Of a stretch of 64,000 nt of DNA, positions 55,683 through 64,000 are shown piece by piece. The notes below the pieces were generated by a model, which ran no database searches, was not told the DNA's origin, and was given only the letters and a program-made list of their open reading frames with translations. Source of the stretch: an uncultured virus (IMG/VR IMGVR_UViG_3300017990_000011) (Duplodnaviria; Heunggongvirae; Uroviricota; Caudoviricetes); IMG/VR virus record IMGVR_UViG_3300017990_000011; one strand, written 5' to 3'. The position numbers and the translations under genes are program-made. Within the stretch, counting starts at the first letter, position 1. Every line of letters begins with the position of its first letter.

Positions 55683-55754
55683 GAGCAGGAGCGGGAATCG
55701 AACCCGCGAGGCCAGGGATATGAACCCTGGTCGGGAACCAACACCCTTCCTGCT
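55683..55754 (-). tRNA. tRNA-Met (CAU), initiator-like, atypical
   Basis: AGCAGGA/TCCTGCT acceptor, CCAGGG-TTCATAT-CCCTGG with three G:C pairs, GCGGG-TTCGATT-CCCGC; short D arm; no CCA. Confidence 0.82.
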
Positions 55755-55760
55755 GCATTG

Positions 55761-56351
55761 TTAATTACGTTCTGAAGATTCTACAGCTAATAAAACATCA
55801 TCTATCACACTATCGTATTTAGCATGTTTTTTACCACCACCCCTTAATAAATAAGATGGGTGATATGTAGGGATTAACAGTGTATCATTACTATAACTAA
55901 ATACTTTACCTCTTATGGTCCACATCTTTGGTTTAGGATCAAGCCCCAACAAATTTATTGAAGCATCAGCGCCCAAGGCTAATATAGCCTTTGGTTTTAA
56001 TAAATCTATTTGAACTATAATATAAGGTAAACAATGTGCAACCCACTCCTCTTGTAAAGGTTTGCCTGGAGATAAACAACATTTAACTAAGTTAGTAATA
56101 TATACATCATCTGATGTTAAATTAGAATCACTTAGTATGTCATCTAACAACTTACCTGCTCTGCCAACAAAAGGTGTACCAACATTATTCTCTTCATGCG
56201 CTGGTACCATACCACAAATCATTAGTTTGGCTTGTGGATTGCCTTTATCAAACACTGGTTTAATTCTACCAGCATGTAGATCACATAACCTACATAAAGC
56301 TGCTGTACTTCTTAATTCATTTAAATCCATTTTATCCCAGTTTTTCAGCAA
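55761..56351 (-). CDS. Uracil-DNA glycosylase, family 4-like (Fe-S)
   Basis: CRLCDLH, PFVGRAGKLL, ITNLVKC, PTYHPSYLLR; motif A reads GMVPA. Confidence 0.88.
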   Translation of the reverse strand: MLKNWDKMDLNELRSTAALCRLCDLHAGRIKPVFDKGNPQAKLMICGMVPAHEENNVGTPFVGRAGKLLDDILSDSNLTSDDVYITNLVKCCLSPGKPLQEEWVAHCLPYIIVQIDLLKPKAILALGADASINLLGLDPKPKMWTIRGKVFSYSNDTLLIPTYHPSYLLRGGGKKHAKYDSVIDDVLLAVESSERN

Positions 56352-56471
56352 GTTTTGCGTTCTTGTCGTCTTCTTTATCTTTTTGTTTTTGTTTGGACTC
56401 GGCTATACGAAGCTCATTAGCCTCAAGTTCACCCTCACTGTCACGTCTTGGCATGATTTGCCCTCCTTTTA

Positions 56472-56894
56472 TTAACAGCAACCAGTAAAATCTAAATCCA
56501 TATCTGGATTCTTAATAGACTCTTCAACTAGTTCCTTTGTGGTAGCAAATACATCGGAAGAATATATCTTCTTCTGCTCATAACTTAACTCAATAAACTT
56601 CTTTGTTTTTTCAGCTTTAGCCTTCTTAGAAACATTACAACCTAATGATTTGGCTTTCCTATTAATACAAGCAGCAATCTTTTTCTTTGTTGAAGCAGAG
56701 AACTTGGATCTACCCAAGTAACTTTTTGCTACAGCAACATGCTTACAATCTGGAATAGGGAAACTTCTATTAGGACCACAAAACGTACCACTCTTAAGTT
56801 TTTTTCTATCCTTAGTAGTAAGTTTCTTGCCTAAAGCGTTGTTAGCCCGTTCAAACATGGCTTCGTACGCATCGAGTTTTGAATGTCCACCCAT
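56472..56894 (-). CDS. Basic hypothetical protein
   Basis: FCGPNRSFPIPDCKHV motif; GGAGG RBS. Confidence 0.65.
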   Translation of the reverse strand: MGGHSKLDAYEAMFERANNALGKKLTTKDRKKLKSGTFCGPNRSFPIPDCKHVAVAKSYLGRSKFSASTKKKIAACINRKAKSLGCNVSKKAKAEKTKKFIELSYEQKKIYSSDVFATTKELVEESIKNPDMDLDFTGCC

Positions 56895-56906
56895 AACTCT
56901 ATCCTC

Positions 56907-57488
56907 CTATGATAAATCAAAAATATGCTGAAAGATATCATAGTGCTCAGCGGAGGTTCCGTCGTCTACCCAGCCCATCATTCGTCCATTAGGTTTCAAA
57001 GTATGTTTACACGCTAACACCATATCAGCAATTAATGGTAAAGTATCTTCATCTATTCTATCATAGCAATCTATGAAGATAAAATCAAATTTCTTTTTTG
57101 TTAAATATGCATATTCAATGCCGTTCGAATTCAATATAGTATGATCTTCTTCACGATATTCTAATGTGTAACCACGATCAGAATCTTTGATCTTACTATG
57201 CACGTCTATAACGTCTTTGTTTATCTCTACTGTAGTCAATGACTTAACTTTAGGAAAAGTCAATAAGTATCTTGATGCCACTCCAAGACCTAAACCTATT
57301 TCTAGACAATCTCCTTGTGGAAAATCCATCAGCTGATCCATATAATCCTGCAATTCCGTCTCAAGAGCCCACAGAGTATGTCCTGGTCCTATTTCTAGGA
57401 AAAGATGCCCTGACATTTTATAAACACGTGCGTCACCAGACTTAGCTACTAATTTCCCATCTCTAAAATAGATAAGATCTTCTGACAT
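56907..57488 (-). CDS. Class I SAM-dependent methyltransferase / spermidine-synthase-like
   Basis: CLEIGLGLG, VEINKDVI, FDFIFID. Confidence 0.78.
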   Translation of the reverse strand: MSEDLIYFRDGKLVAKSGDARVYKMSGHLFLEIGPGHTLWALETELQDYMDQLMDFPQGDCLEIGLGLGVASRYLLTFPKVKSLTTVEINKDVIDVHSKIKDSDRGYTLEYREEDHTILNSNGIEYAYLTKKKFDFIFIDCYDRIDEDTLPLIADMVLACKHTLKPNGRMMGWVDDGTSAEHYDIFQHIFDLS

Positions 57489-57521
57489 GTTGACACCCCT
57501 TCTATATTTATATAGGTTATA

Positions 57522-57782
57522 TTATTCTGTCGATATTTCTACAGGTTCCGCAAATTCAAAAACCAATACCATCTGAGCGCCGTTTACTTTTCCCATATCT
57601 CGTTCCGGCCCTGATTCGTATTCAGCAATGACTGGATGTGAATACTGTACACCAACATTGCAATTAATAGAATGAGCTAAAAATATATCCAAAGCATCAT
57701 TAACTTCGGTTCTAATTTTATTTTCCCATTCCTTGGCTTTTTCCACCATTTCTTCTGGTGTTATGTTTTTGTCCTCTGGCAT
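57522..57782 (-). CDS. Hypothetical protein
   Basis: 86-aa ORF, GGAGG RBS. Confidence 0.6.
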   Translation of the reverse strand: MPEDKNITPEEMVEKAKEWENKIRTEVNDALDIFLAHSINCNVGVQYSHPVIAEYESGPERDMGKVNGAQMVLVFEFAEPVEISTE

Positions 57783-57785
57783 GAT

Positions 57786-58274
57786 TTATACCTCCATTCC
57801 GCCTTTTTTCTGTTGCTTAGCCATTTCCTTCTCTTGTTCATACACACTGCCTACTAATATAGTAAGCTTTCTAGCCCACTCTGGGTCGTCCTCATTGAGT
57901 TTTATCTCGGCATAGAAATCTTCGATCTCATGTCCCACAATTTTTGGACTGCCTTTCTCATCGATAAAAACATGTCTTAACTCATGAGATATAAGGCGTT
58001 TCTTATCATCATCATTGGCTAATTCCCATGTCTTTTTATCTACGATAAGGATATAATCGTACCCATCAACAGCAACATCATCTTTTGAAAAGAATTTAAT
58101 CTTCGGGCCAGCCAATTCTATTGACGCAAGAATCATCTTTCCGCCCTTGATTCTCTTCTTTAAATCAAAAATCAGTTTAAATTTAAGGTTCTGATAAATC
58201 GGAAACCTTTCTTCTACCACATCTAAAAATACCTTTACCAAACTTTCGTCGCATTCTTCGTAACGTGTTGTCAT
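57786..58274 (-). CDS. Putative phage metallopeptidase
   Basis: LISHELRH (HExxH) then HEIEDF. Confidence 0.75.
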   Translation of the reverse strand: MTTRYEECDESLVKVFLDVVEERFPIYQNLKFKLIFDLKKRIKGGKMILASIELAGPKIKFFSKDDVAVDGYDYILIVDKKTWELANDDDKKRLISHELRHVFIDEKGSPKIVGHEIEDFYAEIKLNEDDPEWARKLTILVGSVYEQEKEMAKQQKKGGMEV

Positions 58275-58301
58275 ATTAATCACCCTTTCCTTTCCTGTTA
58301 C

Positions 58302-58329
58302 AATATAAGCATTAATTAATGTTTGTCAA
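58302..58329 (-). promoter_or_regulatory. Sigma70-like promoter TTGACA-N16-TATATT
   Basis: Repeat of motif at 44500. Confidence 0.7.
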
Positions 58330-58339
58330 GTAACTTTTT

Positions 58340-58606
58340 TTAATCTGCTCTCAAATCATCGAAATGTTTCTTTAATTTCAGTAAGTCAGCTGCTAATGCT
58401 TTAGACTTTCTAATCTTATCACCGTTTCTCTTTTTCTTAGCGTAGTGTTTCTTACTCTTACCTTTTTTTATAGTTTTAACTTCACCTTGATAAGAGTTTC
58501 CATCTTTATCATAGCAAATATTCATATATTTGCCGCCCTTCAACTTCTTTGTTACTACCTTTCCTCCGTTTTTAACACACTTCGTAAAATCTGCTGGCAT
58601 AACCAT
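58340..58606 (-). CDS. Small basic hypothetical protein
   Basis: 88-aa K-rich ORF, AGGAGG RBS. Confidence 0.6.
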   Translation of the reverse strand: MVMPADFTKCVKNGGKVVTKKLKGGKYMNICYDKDGNSYQGEVKTIKKGKSKKHYAKKKRNGDKIRKSKALAADLLKLKKHFDDLRAD

Positions 58607-58642
58607 TCCTCCTGGCTGATATGGGGGCCCATATCATAATTA

Positions 58643-59119
58643 TTAATCTATTTTAATTTTAACAAGATCGTCTTTTTCAATATCTTCCTTACCGATAATG
58701 CAGTTAACGATCCCATTTTCAAAACTACAATCGATTTTATCCGAGTCAACTTTGACAGGGAATTTTAACATTCTTCTAAAAGATCTAGAGGAGATCTCCC
58801 TCATAAGGAATTTCTTATCCTTATCTTCAGACTCCTCTTTCTTATCAGCCTTAATCAAAAGACAATTATCCTTCAACTCTAGAGACAAATCATCCTTATC
58901 AAAACCAGCTAATGCAATTTCGACCTCATATTCTTCGTCAGTTTCTACAACATTTATCTTAGGGAAAGAACTTTTGGGCTGCAGGTCTGCAAATGCCCTC
59001 ATATCAAGTGTCCAATCCTTCCAAAAATTATCAAAAATGTCTTCGAAACGACTTGCTCCAAAAAACCTACTCAGTGAGTCAGGTCTGGATACCATTAAGT
59101 CTTTCCTATTTTTTCTCAT
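58643..59119 (-). CDS. Small heat-shock protein (Hsp20/alpha-crystallin)
   Basis: FPKINVVET, IALAGF.KDDL, REISSRSFRR, FENGI. Confidence 0.92.
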   Translation of the reverse strand: MRKNRKDLMVSRPDSLSRFFGASRFEDIFDNFWKDWTLDMRAFADLQPKSSFPKINVVETDEEYEVEIALAGFDKDDLSLELKDNCLLIKADKKEESEDKDKKFLMREISSRSFRRMLKFPVKVDSDKIDCSFENGIVNCIIGKEDIEKDDLVKIKID

Positions 59120-59160
59120 AATTTATGTCCTCCCATAGTGTAAATTTATGGGCCCCCAAG

Positions 59161-59508
59161 TTAAATATAACACAATAGATCATAAAATTGATCGGTTCCA
59201 TAAGGTGCTCGATTAGAACCAGGAATACAACGCAGCATGTTACTCGCCGCCACAGTATTCCACGAATGAATAACTATTGTAGTACCGCAATTAGGATTTG
59301 AAGTTTTTTCTAGAAATTTTGCAACATCTAGACCCTCACCGTTGCCTGTACCTAAATCATTATCCAAAAATATATAATCATAAGTAAATTCTTTTAAGTA
59401 TTCTATAGCTTCATTAGCATTCTCAGTTATATCTAAGTGATGCTGTCCGAATCTTTCTATAAAGAAATTTACTCTTTGTGTATCATCTTCTAAAATCAAA
59501 AATCTCAT
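59161..59508 (-). CDS. Stand-alone receiver-like domain (cyclic-phosphate-processing REC-like)
   Basis: LILEDD..R, IFLDNDLG, GLDVAKFL, IVIHSWN. Confidence 0.7.
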   Translation of the reverse strand: MRFLILEDDTQRVNFFIERFGQHHLDITENANEAIEYLKEFTYDYIFLDNDLGTGNGEGLDVAKFLEKTSNPNCGTTIVIHSWNTVAASNMLRCIPGSNRAPYGTDQFYDLLCYI

Positions 59509-59511
59509 TTG

Positions 59512-61563
59512 TTAATAACACTCATCTTTAAGTTTAACGTATTCTTTGAATACTTTATTTTCTTTCATTATTATACTTACTTCTATCAACTGTTTTATAA
59601 CATATTTTAATTCTGCCAGCTCTGTGGGTTTGGTTAGATACATCCAAACATGTCTTTCAGAAAACCAGGATAGATCACTGTTAACCGGCGCTGTCCCTGA
59701 GAGAACTATGATTGGTAACTCTGGAAACTTATCACCAAGCTTCTTTGATATTTTAAATCCATCGATATCTGGTAAATTGATATCCAATATTAAAGCATCA
59801 GGTGTTGACTTACATGCTTTTCTTAGACCAACCATGCCGCCTTCTGCAACGTCCACATTAAATTCATCGAAACCAGATAAATATGTCCTAATCATATCAC
59901 TCACATCTTTATTGTCTTCTATAATTAAAATATTGTACACATCTTTGCCTTGAGTTAACTTGCTTAAGCGATTCTTTATTTTTCTCTCGGCATGCATGAT
60001 TGCTTTTTTAGCATCAAGTTCATACTTTCTCTCTTTAGTTATGTCTTTACAAACACCAATTACTTTTATTGGAGTACCGTCTTTATCAAACACTATATTA
60101 CCACGATCAATCCAAGTTAATAGTTTTCCACTTTTGTGTTTGATTTGATATTCAACGCTTGTTTGACTATGCTCAGGCGTGATCTGTTTTACTGCATTAT
60201 CAAATAATGCTCTATCCTTATCAACTATATGTTCGCGCCACGAATCAAATGATCTTATAAATTCACCAGGCTCGTATCCTAATATACCATCAATATCTCC
60301 AAACCAAGTTACACCATTCTTAGGAATGGATCTCTCATAAACAAGATCTACAGTGGATTCAATTGCCAATTTAAATCTTTCTTTGCTCTCTCTTAATTGT
60401 TCTTCTGCTATTTTACGCTCTGTTATATCTTCTTTAACAGCAGCATATCCTGTAACATCACCATCCTCATCGCGCATTGGTGTTATAATAGCATTTTCCC
60501 AATAAATCTCACCATCTTTTCTTTTGTTGGCGAATTCACCTTGCCAATCTTTGCCGGCAACTAACGTGTCCCACATCTCTTTGTAAAATTCTTGAGATTG
60601 TAGCTCAGCTTTAAGTATTCTAGGATTCTCCCCTATGGCTTCTTCTTTACTATAACCACTTACCTGTGAGAATTTGGGATTAACGTAGTCTATTGTGCCT
60701 TCTAAATCAGTAAGTACCACTGATACCTGGCTTTGTTCTACTACTGAAGATAATTTTTTTAGCTCGGCTTCAGCTTTCTTACGTTTTGTAACATCATTAA
60801 ACATTGTTGCCATTTTATTTGGGCTTGTTTGAAACGCGCTGATCTCATATACCCCTGATACACCATCATCACCTTCATAACAGAACTCTGGCCACTCATG
60901 AACAACACCATCTCTAGCTATCTCTTTGTATGCATTAGGTATCTCCGTCTCAACTAACCGTGGAAATGCTTCTTCTATAGTTTTACCTATGAATTTTGTG
61001 TTATCTATACCCATGATTTTATCAGCGGCGGGGTTGGCTCCAACAAATATAAGTTGCCCGTCTTCATTTAATTCGTATAAATGCATGCCAGCTACTGACG
61101 ACTCAACTATATTACGGTGTTTCATTTCACTATCATGTAAAGCTTTCTCCGCTATTTTACGCTCCGTTATATCCTGCAAATACACAATATAGCCCAACAA
61201 TATTTGTTCGTCATCATATATAGGAGCTTTAGCGCGGTGGTACCAACCATTTAATCTGTCTATAAAAACCTCATCAATAGTTGGGTCTACTATACTAATA
61301 CAGTTTTGGTCACAATAAGCGAAATTACTATTCATCACATCGAAACAATGTAAGTCTAAATAATCTTCCCTTTGACCACCAAAATTTTCTAAAAACGCTT
61401 TATTAACAAATTTAATTTTTAATTCTGTATTTACAATATGAACTAACGCAGGTACGGCGTCCAACACGAACTCCCATTCCTTGGTCCTATCAACTAAATA
61501 CCCATTTGTGGTTAATACATCGGTTAATTCTCGTAATTTTTTAAGCTCTTCCATTACTGTCAT
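59512..61563 (-). CDS. Multi-PAS sensor protein with C-terminal receiver domain
   Basis: Four PAS/PAC units ending D(I/V)T(E/K); REC ILIIED...LILDINLPDIDG...YLTKP; no kinase motifs. Confidence 0.85.
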   Translation of the reverse strand: MTVMEELKKLRELTDVLTTNGYLVDRTKEWEFVLDAVPALVHIVNTELKIKFVNKAFLENFGGQREDYLDLHCFDVMNSNFAYCDQNCISIVDPTIDEVFIDRLNGWYHRAKAPIYDDEQILLGYIVYLQDITERKIAEKALHDSEMKHRNIVESSVAGMHLYELNEDGQLIFVGANPAADKIMGIDNTKFIGKTIEEAFPRLVETEIPNAYKEIARDGVVHEWPEFCYEGDDGVSGVYEISAFQTSPNKMATMFNDVTKRKKAEAELKKLSSVVEQSQVSVVLTDLEGTIDYVNPKFSQVSGYSKEEAIGENPRILKAELQSQEFYKEMWDTLVAGKDWQGEFANKRKDGEIYWENAIITPMRDEDGDVTGYAAVKEDITERKIAEEQLRESKERFKLAIESTVDLVYERSIPKNGVTWFGDIDGILGYEPGEFIRSFDSWREHIVDKDRALFDNAVKQITPEHSQTSVEYQIKHKSGKLLTWIDRGNIVFDKDGTPIKVIGVCKDITKERKYELDAKKAIMHAERKIKNRLSKLTQGKDVYNILIIEDNKDVSDMIRTYLSGFDEFNVDVAEGGMVGLRKACKSTPDALILDINLPDIDGFKISKKLGDKFPELPIIVLSGTAPVNSDLSWFSERHVWMYLTKPTELAELKYVIKQLIEVSIIMKENKVFKEYVKLKDECY

Positions 61564-61583
61564 TTAGAATACCCCTTTAAAAT

Positions 61584-62186
61584 CTAGTCCACAGCCTTAA
61601 AAAAATACATCTTAATAAGATACAAAATAAATACTACCAAACCACCACTAACAGTACCGGCAATTATACCCCATGTAGCAATTTTAGTATTGATCTCCGT
61701 AATAGATAGTTTGATTGGTTGTATGGCTTCTTTTTGAGCCGATGCGTCTTTGACATGTTCAACTTTAGATTCAAGTATTTCTGCATGTAAATCGGTTTTA
61801 AGTTTGGATATAGCAGCGGTTATGGATTTATCAACAACCTCTTTATCCAACATGTTGTTGACTTTTTCTACTAAATCATCTATACGTTTGTTAAGTCTTT
61901 GTTCAATTTTATCTGTGTCTCCGTCTATCTCTCTATTTAATGCTTTGATGTCATCTCTGACATCTTCCTTGAGCTGCATCAGTTGTTTTTGTATAACTGT
62001 TTTATTATTTAAATAATCAGCTCGGAGATTCTGCAACGCTTCTTGCATTTTCTCCATACTAGTCACAAGTTGATTAAACCAATCCTTCTTGATCTGCTCA
62101 GCTTCCCTAGTATGTACAATATCAGATATGGGTGAAGAAGATGTCTTGGATAATACTGTTTCTAATTTTTTATCCTCATCGTTCAT
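61584..62186 (-). CDS. Coiled-coil protein with C-terminal TM helix
   Basis: Heptad-rich body, hydrophobic WGIIAGTVSGGLVVFILYLI. Confidence 0.65.
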   Translation of the reverse strand: MNDEDKKLETVLSKTSSSPISDIVHTREAEQIKKDWFNQLVTSMEKMQEALQNLRADYLNNKTVIQKQLMQLKEDVRDDIKALNREIDGDTDKIEQRLNKRIDDLVEKVNNMLDKEVVDKSITAAISKLKTDLHAEILESKVEHVKDASAQKEAIQPIKLSITEINTKIATWGIIAGTVSGGLVVFILYLIKMYFFKAVD

Positions 62187-62196
62187 TTCACAGCAC

Positions 62197-62391
62197 CTAG
62201 TCTTTTAATTTTTTGCCACAAAAAGGACAAAAAGATACACTCATCCCAAACCGATGGATTTGACTATGTGTTTTCTCCTCAGTTAACTCAATCCAAGACA
62301 GGACCCACCCATAAGATGGATCCTGAATGAATAGTCGTTTGTGGTCTTTCTCTAACTCTTTCCAATCTTTACAACTGCAAAAATCACTCAT
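62197..62391 (-). CDS. Small zinc-finger protein
   Basis: CSC...FCPFCGKKL. Confidence 0.65.
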   Translation of the reverse strand: MSDFCSCKDWKELEKDHKRLFIQDPSYGWVLSWIELTEEKTHSQIHRFGMSVSFCPFCGKKLKD

Positions 62392-62396
62392 TTGTA

Positions 62397-62903
62397 TTAG
62401 CTACCCATATAAGGATCGCTGCCATCATACTTACCACCGTATGAATGCCAACCTTCTGTGGGCCAATTCTTGATACCAGCATTAGCTGTAGCTAGAATAC
62501 CAGCAGCGGTTCTTTCTTTCGCGTCCATTACATCAAACTTCGGTGGGTCTACCTGAGCACCCGCACTAGTAGACATAAGCAGTCTGGAAAACTGATCATC
62601 ACGCACATACTTTACAGTAGAACCCCATACCAATGGATTCTCATTGCGTTCTGCATATTGCCACTCTGGTCTAATTGCATTGACATCAGACGAATTATCT
62701 TTGTTGGCAAACCAAAGCACCGTCTTGGTGTAATCGTCCGCACTTCTCTGCCCTACAAACAAGGCACCAAAATTAGAAATCTTAGAGTCTAAAGCTCGTC
62801 TGATAGGCGTATTAACATCAGACCTAATTTGTGTGTCACGATCTGGTTCCTCAACACCAGTGTGTGGAATTTGAAAAAAATCGAAATTAAATACCTCAGC
62901 CAT
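62397..62903 (-). CDS. Hypothetical protein
   Basis: 168-aa ORF, AGGAGG RBS. Confidence 0.65.
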   Translation of the reverse strand: MAEVFNFDFFQIPHTGVEEPDRDTQIRSDVNTPIRRALDSKISNFGALFVGQRSADDYTKTVLWFANKDNSSDVNAIRPEWQYAERNENPLVWGSTVKYVRDDQFSRLLMSTSAGAQVDPPKFDVMDAKERTAAGILATANAGIKNWPTEGWHSYGGKYDGSDPYMGS

Positions 62904-62973
62904 TTTACGTTCCTCCTATTTTACATTTAGAGGTTAAATAAATAACCCCTTATCTATATTATAGTACAAAATT

Positions 62974-63537
62974 TCATTTTATAAAATCAAAAATCCGAAT
63001 TTTTATATTACTTTGTTGTGCCAAGTATGCTGCTGACTCATCATAGTAACCAAAACCAGTCACTACAAGCTCTTCTACACCAGCATTAATGATCTCAACC
63101 AAACAAGGTGAACAAGGGACACCACATGTCATATACATAGTAGTTTCTTTAGTAGAAATACCTTCTCTAGCAGCATTAATTAAACTGTTTCTTTCAGCAT
63201 GCCCTGCCACACAGATGTCAAGCCCCTCGCCGGACTTAAAACCAATAACTCTTCGAGGACAAATACCTTCCACAGCACCGCCAATTTTATCGAATTCTTT
63301 TTTATATTTATTCATAAATTCAGAGTCTTCAAACCACCGCTTATCACATGTTGATATACCTCTAGGTGGTCCATTATAACCAGAACTAACGATGCTTTTA
63401 TCTCTTACTAACACAGCACCTATTTTTCTAGATAAGCATTTAGAGTTTCGGCCAATAGTTTTAGCCACATTATACCAATATTCATCCCAACTTCTATACC
63501 CTGGTTCCTCAATAGAGTAGCTGTTAATTCCTCCCAT
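62974..63537 (-). CDS. dCMP deaminase (ComEB-like)
   Basis: SKCLSRKIGAV, SGYNGPP, HAERN, PCSPC. Confidence 0.92.
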   Translation of the reverse strand: MGGINSYSIEEPGYRSWDEYWYNVAKTIGRNSKCLSRKIGAVLVRDKSIVSSGYNGPPRGISTCDKRWFEDSEFMNKYKKEFDKIGGAVEGICPRRVIGFKSGEGLDICVAGHAERNSLINAAREGISTKETTMYMTCGVPCSPCLVEIINAGVEELVVTGFGYYDESAAYLAQQSNIKIRIFDFIK

Positions 63538-63797
63538 TAGTCATCCTCCTCAACTTCTTCGTTAATTGTTATAGTCCACGATAAATCTACATCATTTAAA
63601 TTATTAAGTATTTTTTCCTTAGCCTCATCCGAGTCGTACTGTAATAGGACAACTTGATCTGTAGCATTACAAACTGGACACTTAACTGCGATCACCAAAG
63701 CGGCCGATTGATCCATAGGTTTTATGGAACACACACCTTTCGCTCCGCAATCACACTGATAATAAATATTGTTCCTTTCATGTTTAATGATTTCCAT
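63537..63797 (-). CDS. Zinc-binding hypothetical protein
   Basis: CDCG...CPVC. Confidence 0.6.
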   Translation of the reverse strand: MEIIKHERNNIYYQCDCGAKGVCSIKPMDQSAALVIAVKCPVCNATDQVVLLQYDSDEAKEKILNNLNDVDLSWTITINEEVEEDD

Positions 63798-64000
63798 TTT
63801 GCCTTTACCCCTCTTTGTACTATTAGGACTGCCTGTCCTTACTATTATTATAGTACAAAATCCGATAAAATTAAATATAATTATGGTTGTTGCTAATATA
63901 ATTTAATGTAACGGACATGACTAACTTTTCGATATTTTCTATATCAGGTTCTGATGGAAGCGGTGATTTGACATATGCTTTATCAGTGAGTTCGAACAAT

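Noticed and set aside
55672..55758. N-terminal extension of ORF 55243-55758
   Set aside because: It overlaps tRNA-Met; the nuclease motif begins at GTG 55671 with its own RBS
1..64000. Genome-wide TAG reassignment
   Set aside because: Standard-code ORFs tile both blocks densely and TAG-ending genes are followed directly by the next RBS or start

Overview
This is a gene-dense, AT-rich fragment of a large (jumbo-type) tailed bacteriophage genome; no capsid, terminase or DNA polymerase gene is visible, so the phage call rests on gene content. Genes lie in two convergent blocks, + strand 1-32271 and - strand 32432-64000, meeting at a bidirectional terminator. The + block holds an expanded peptide/amide-ligase cluster: two phiEco32-like COOH.NH2 ligases, an amidoligase with a 16-Cys insert, two class II and two class I glutamine amidotransferases, a GGCT, two ATP-grasp ligases and a GNAT. 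It also has a single-chain beta/beta'-type RNA polymerase, a sigma70-like factor, an SF2 helicase, RuvB, a CCA-adding enzyme and a second nucleotidyltransferase, a NadD-like protein, a ~1.2 kb structured non-coding island, a 184-nt rod-shaped 6S-like RNA and tRNA-Gln. The - block holds tail/structural proteins, a stand-alone PgpH-like HD domain, a truncated ClpA/B ATPase, a Rad52-like protein, DNA methyltransferases, glycosylases, homing endonucleases, a metacaspase, Hsp20, a PAS-REC sensor and dCMP deaminase. Its RNA set is an amber-suppressor tRNA(CUA), a circularly permuted tRNA-like (YrlA Y RNA-like) element, tRNA-Gly, a tmRNA with an atypical tag and tRNA-Met(CAU). The most promising undescribed biology is the non-coding RNA layer (6S-like RNA, permuted tRNA mimic, tRNA-like RNAs with enlarged D arms) alongside the phage's own transcription machinery, and the oversized ligase cluster. 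All calls come from motifs and base pairing read by eye; no database search was run.
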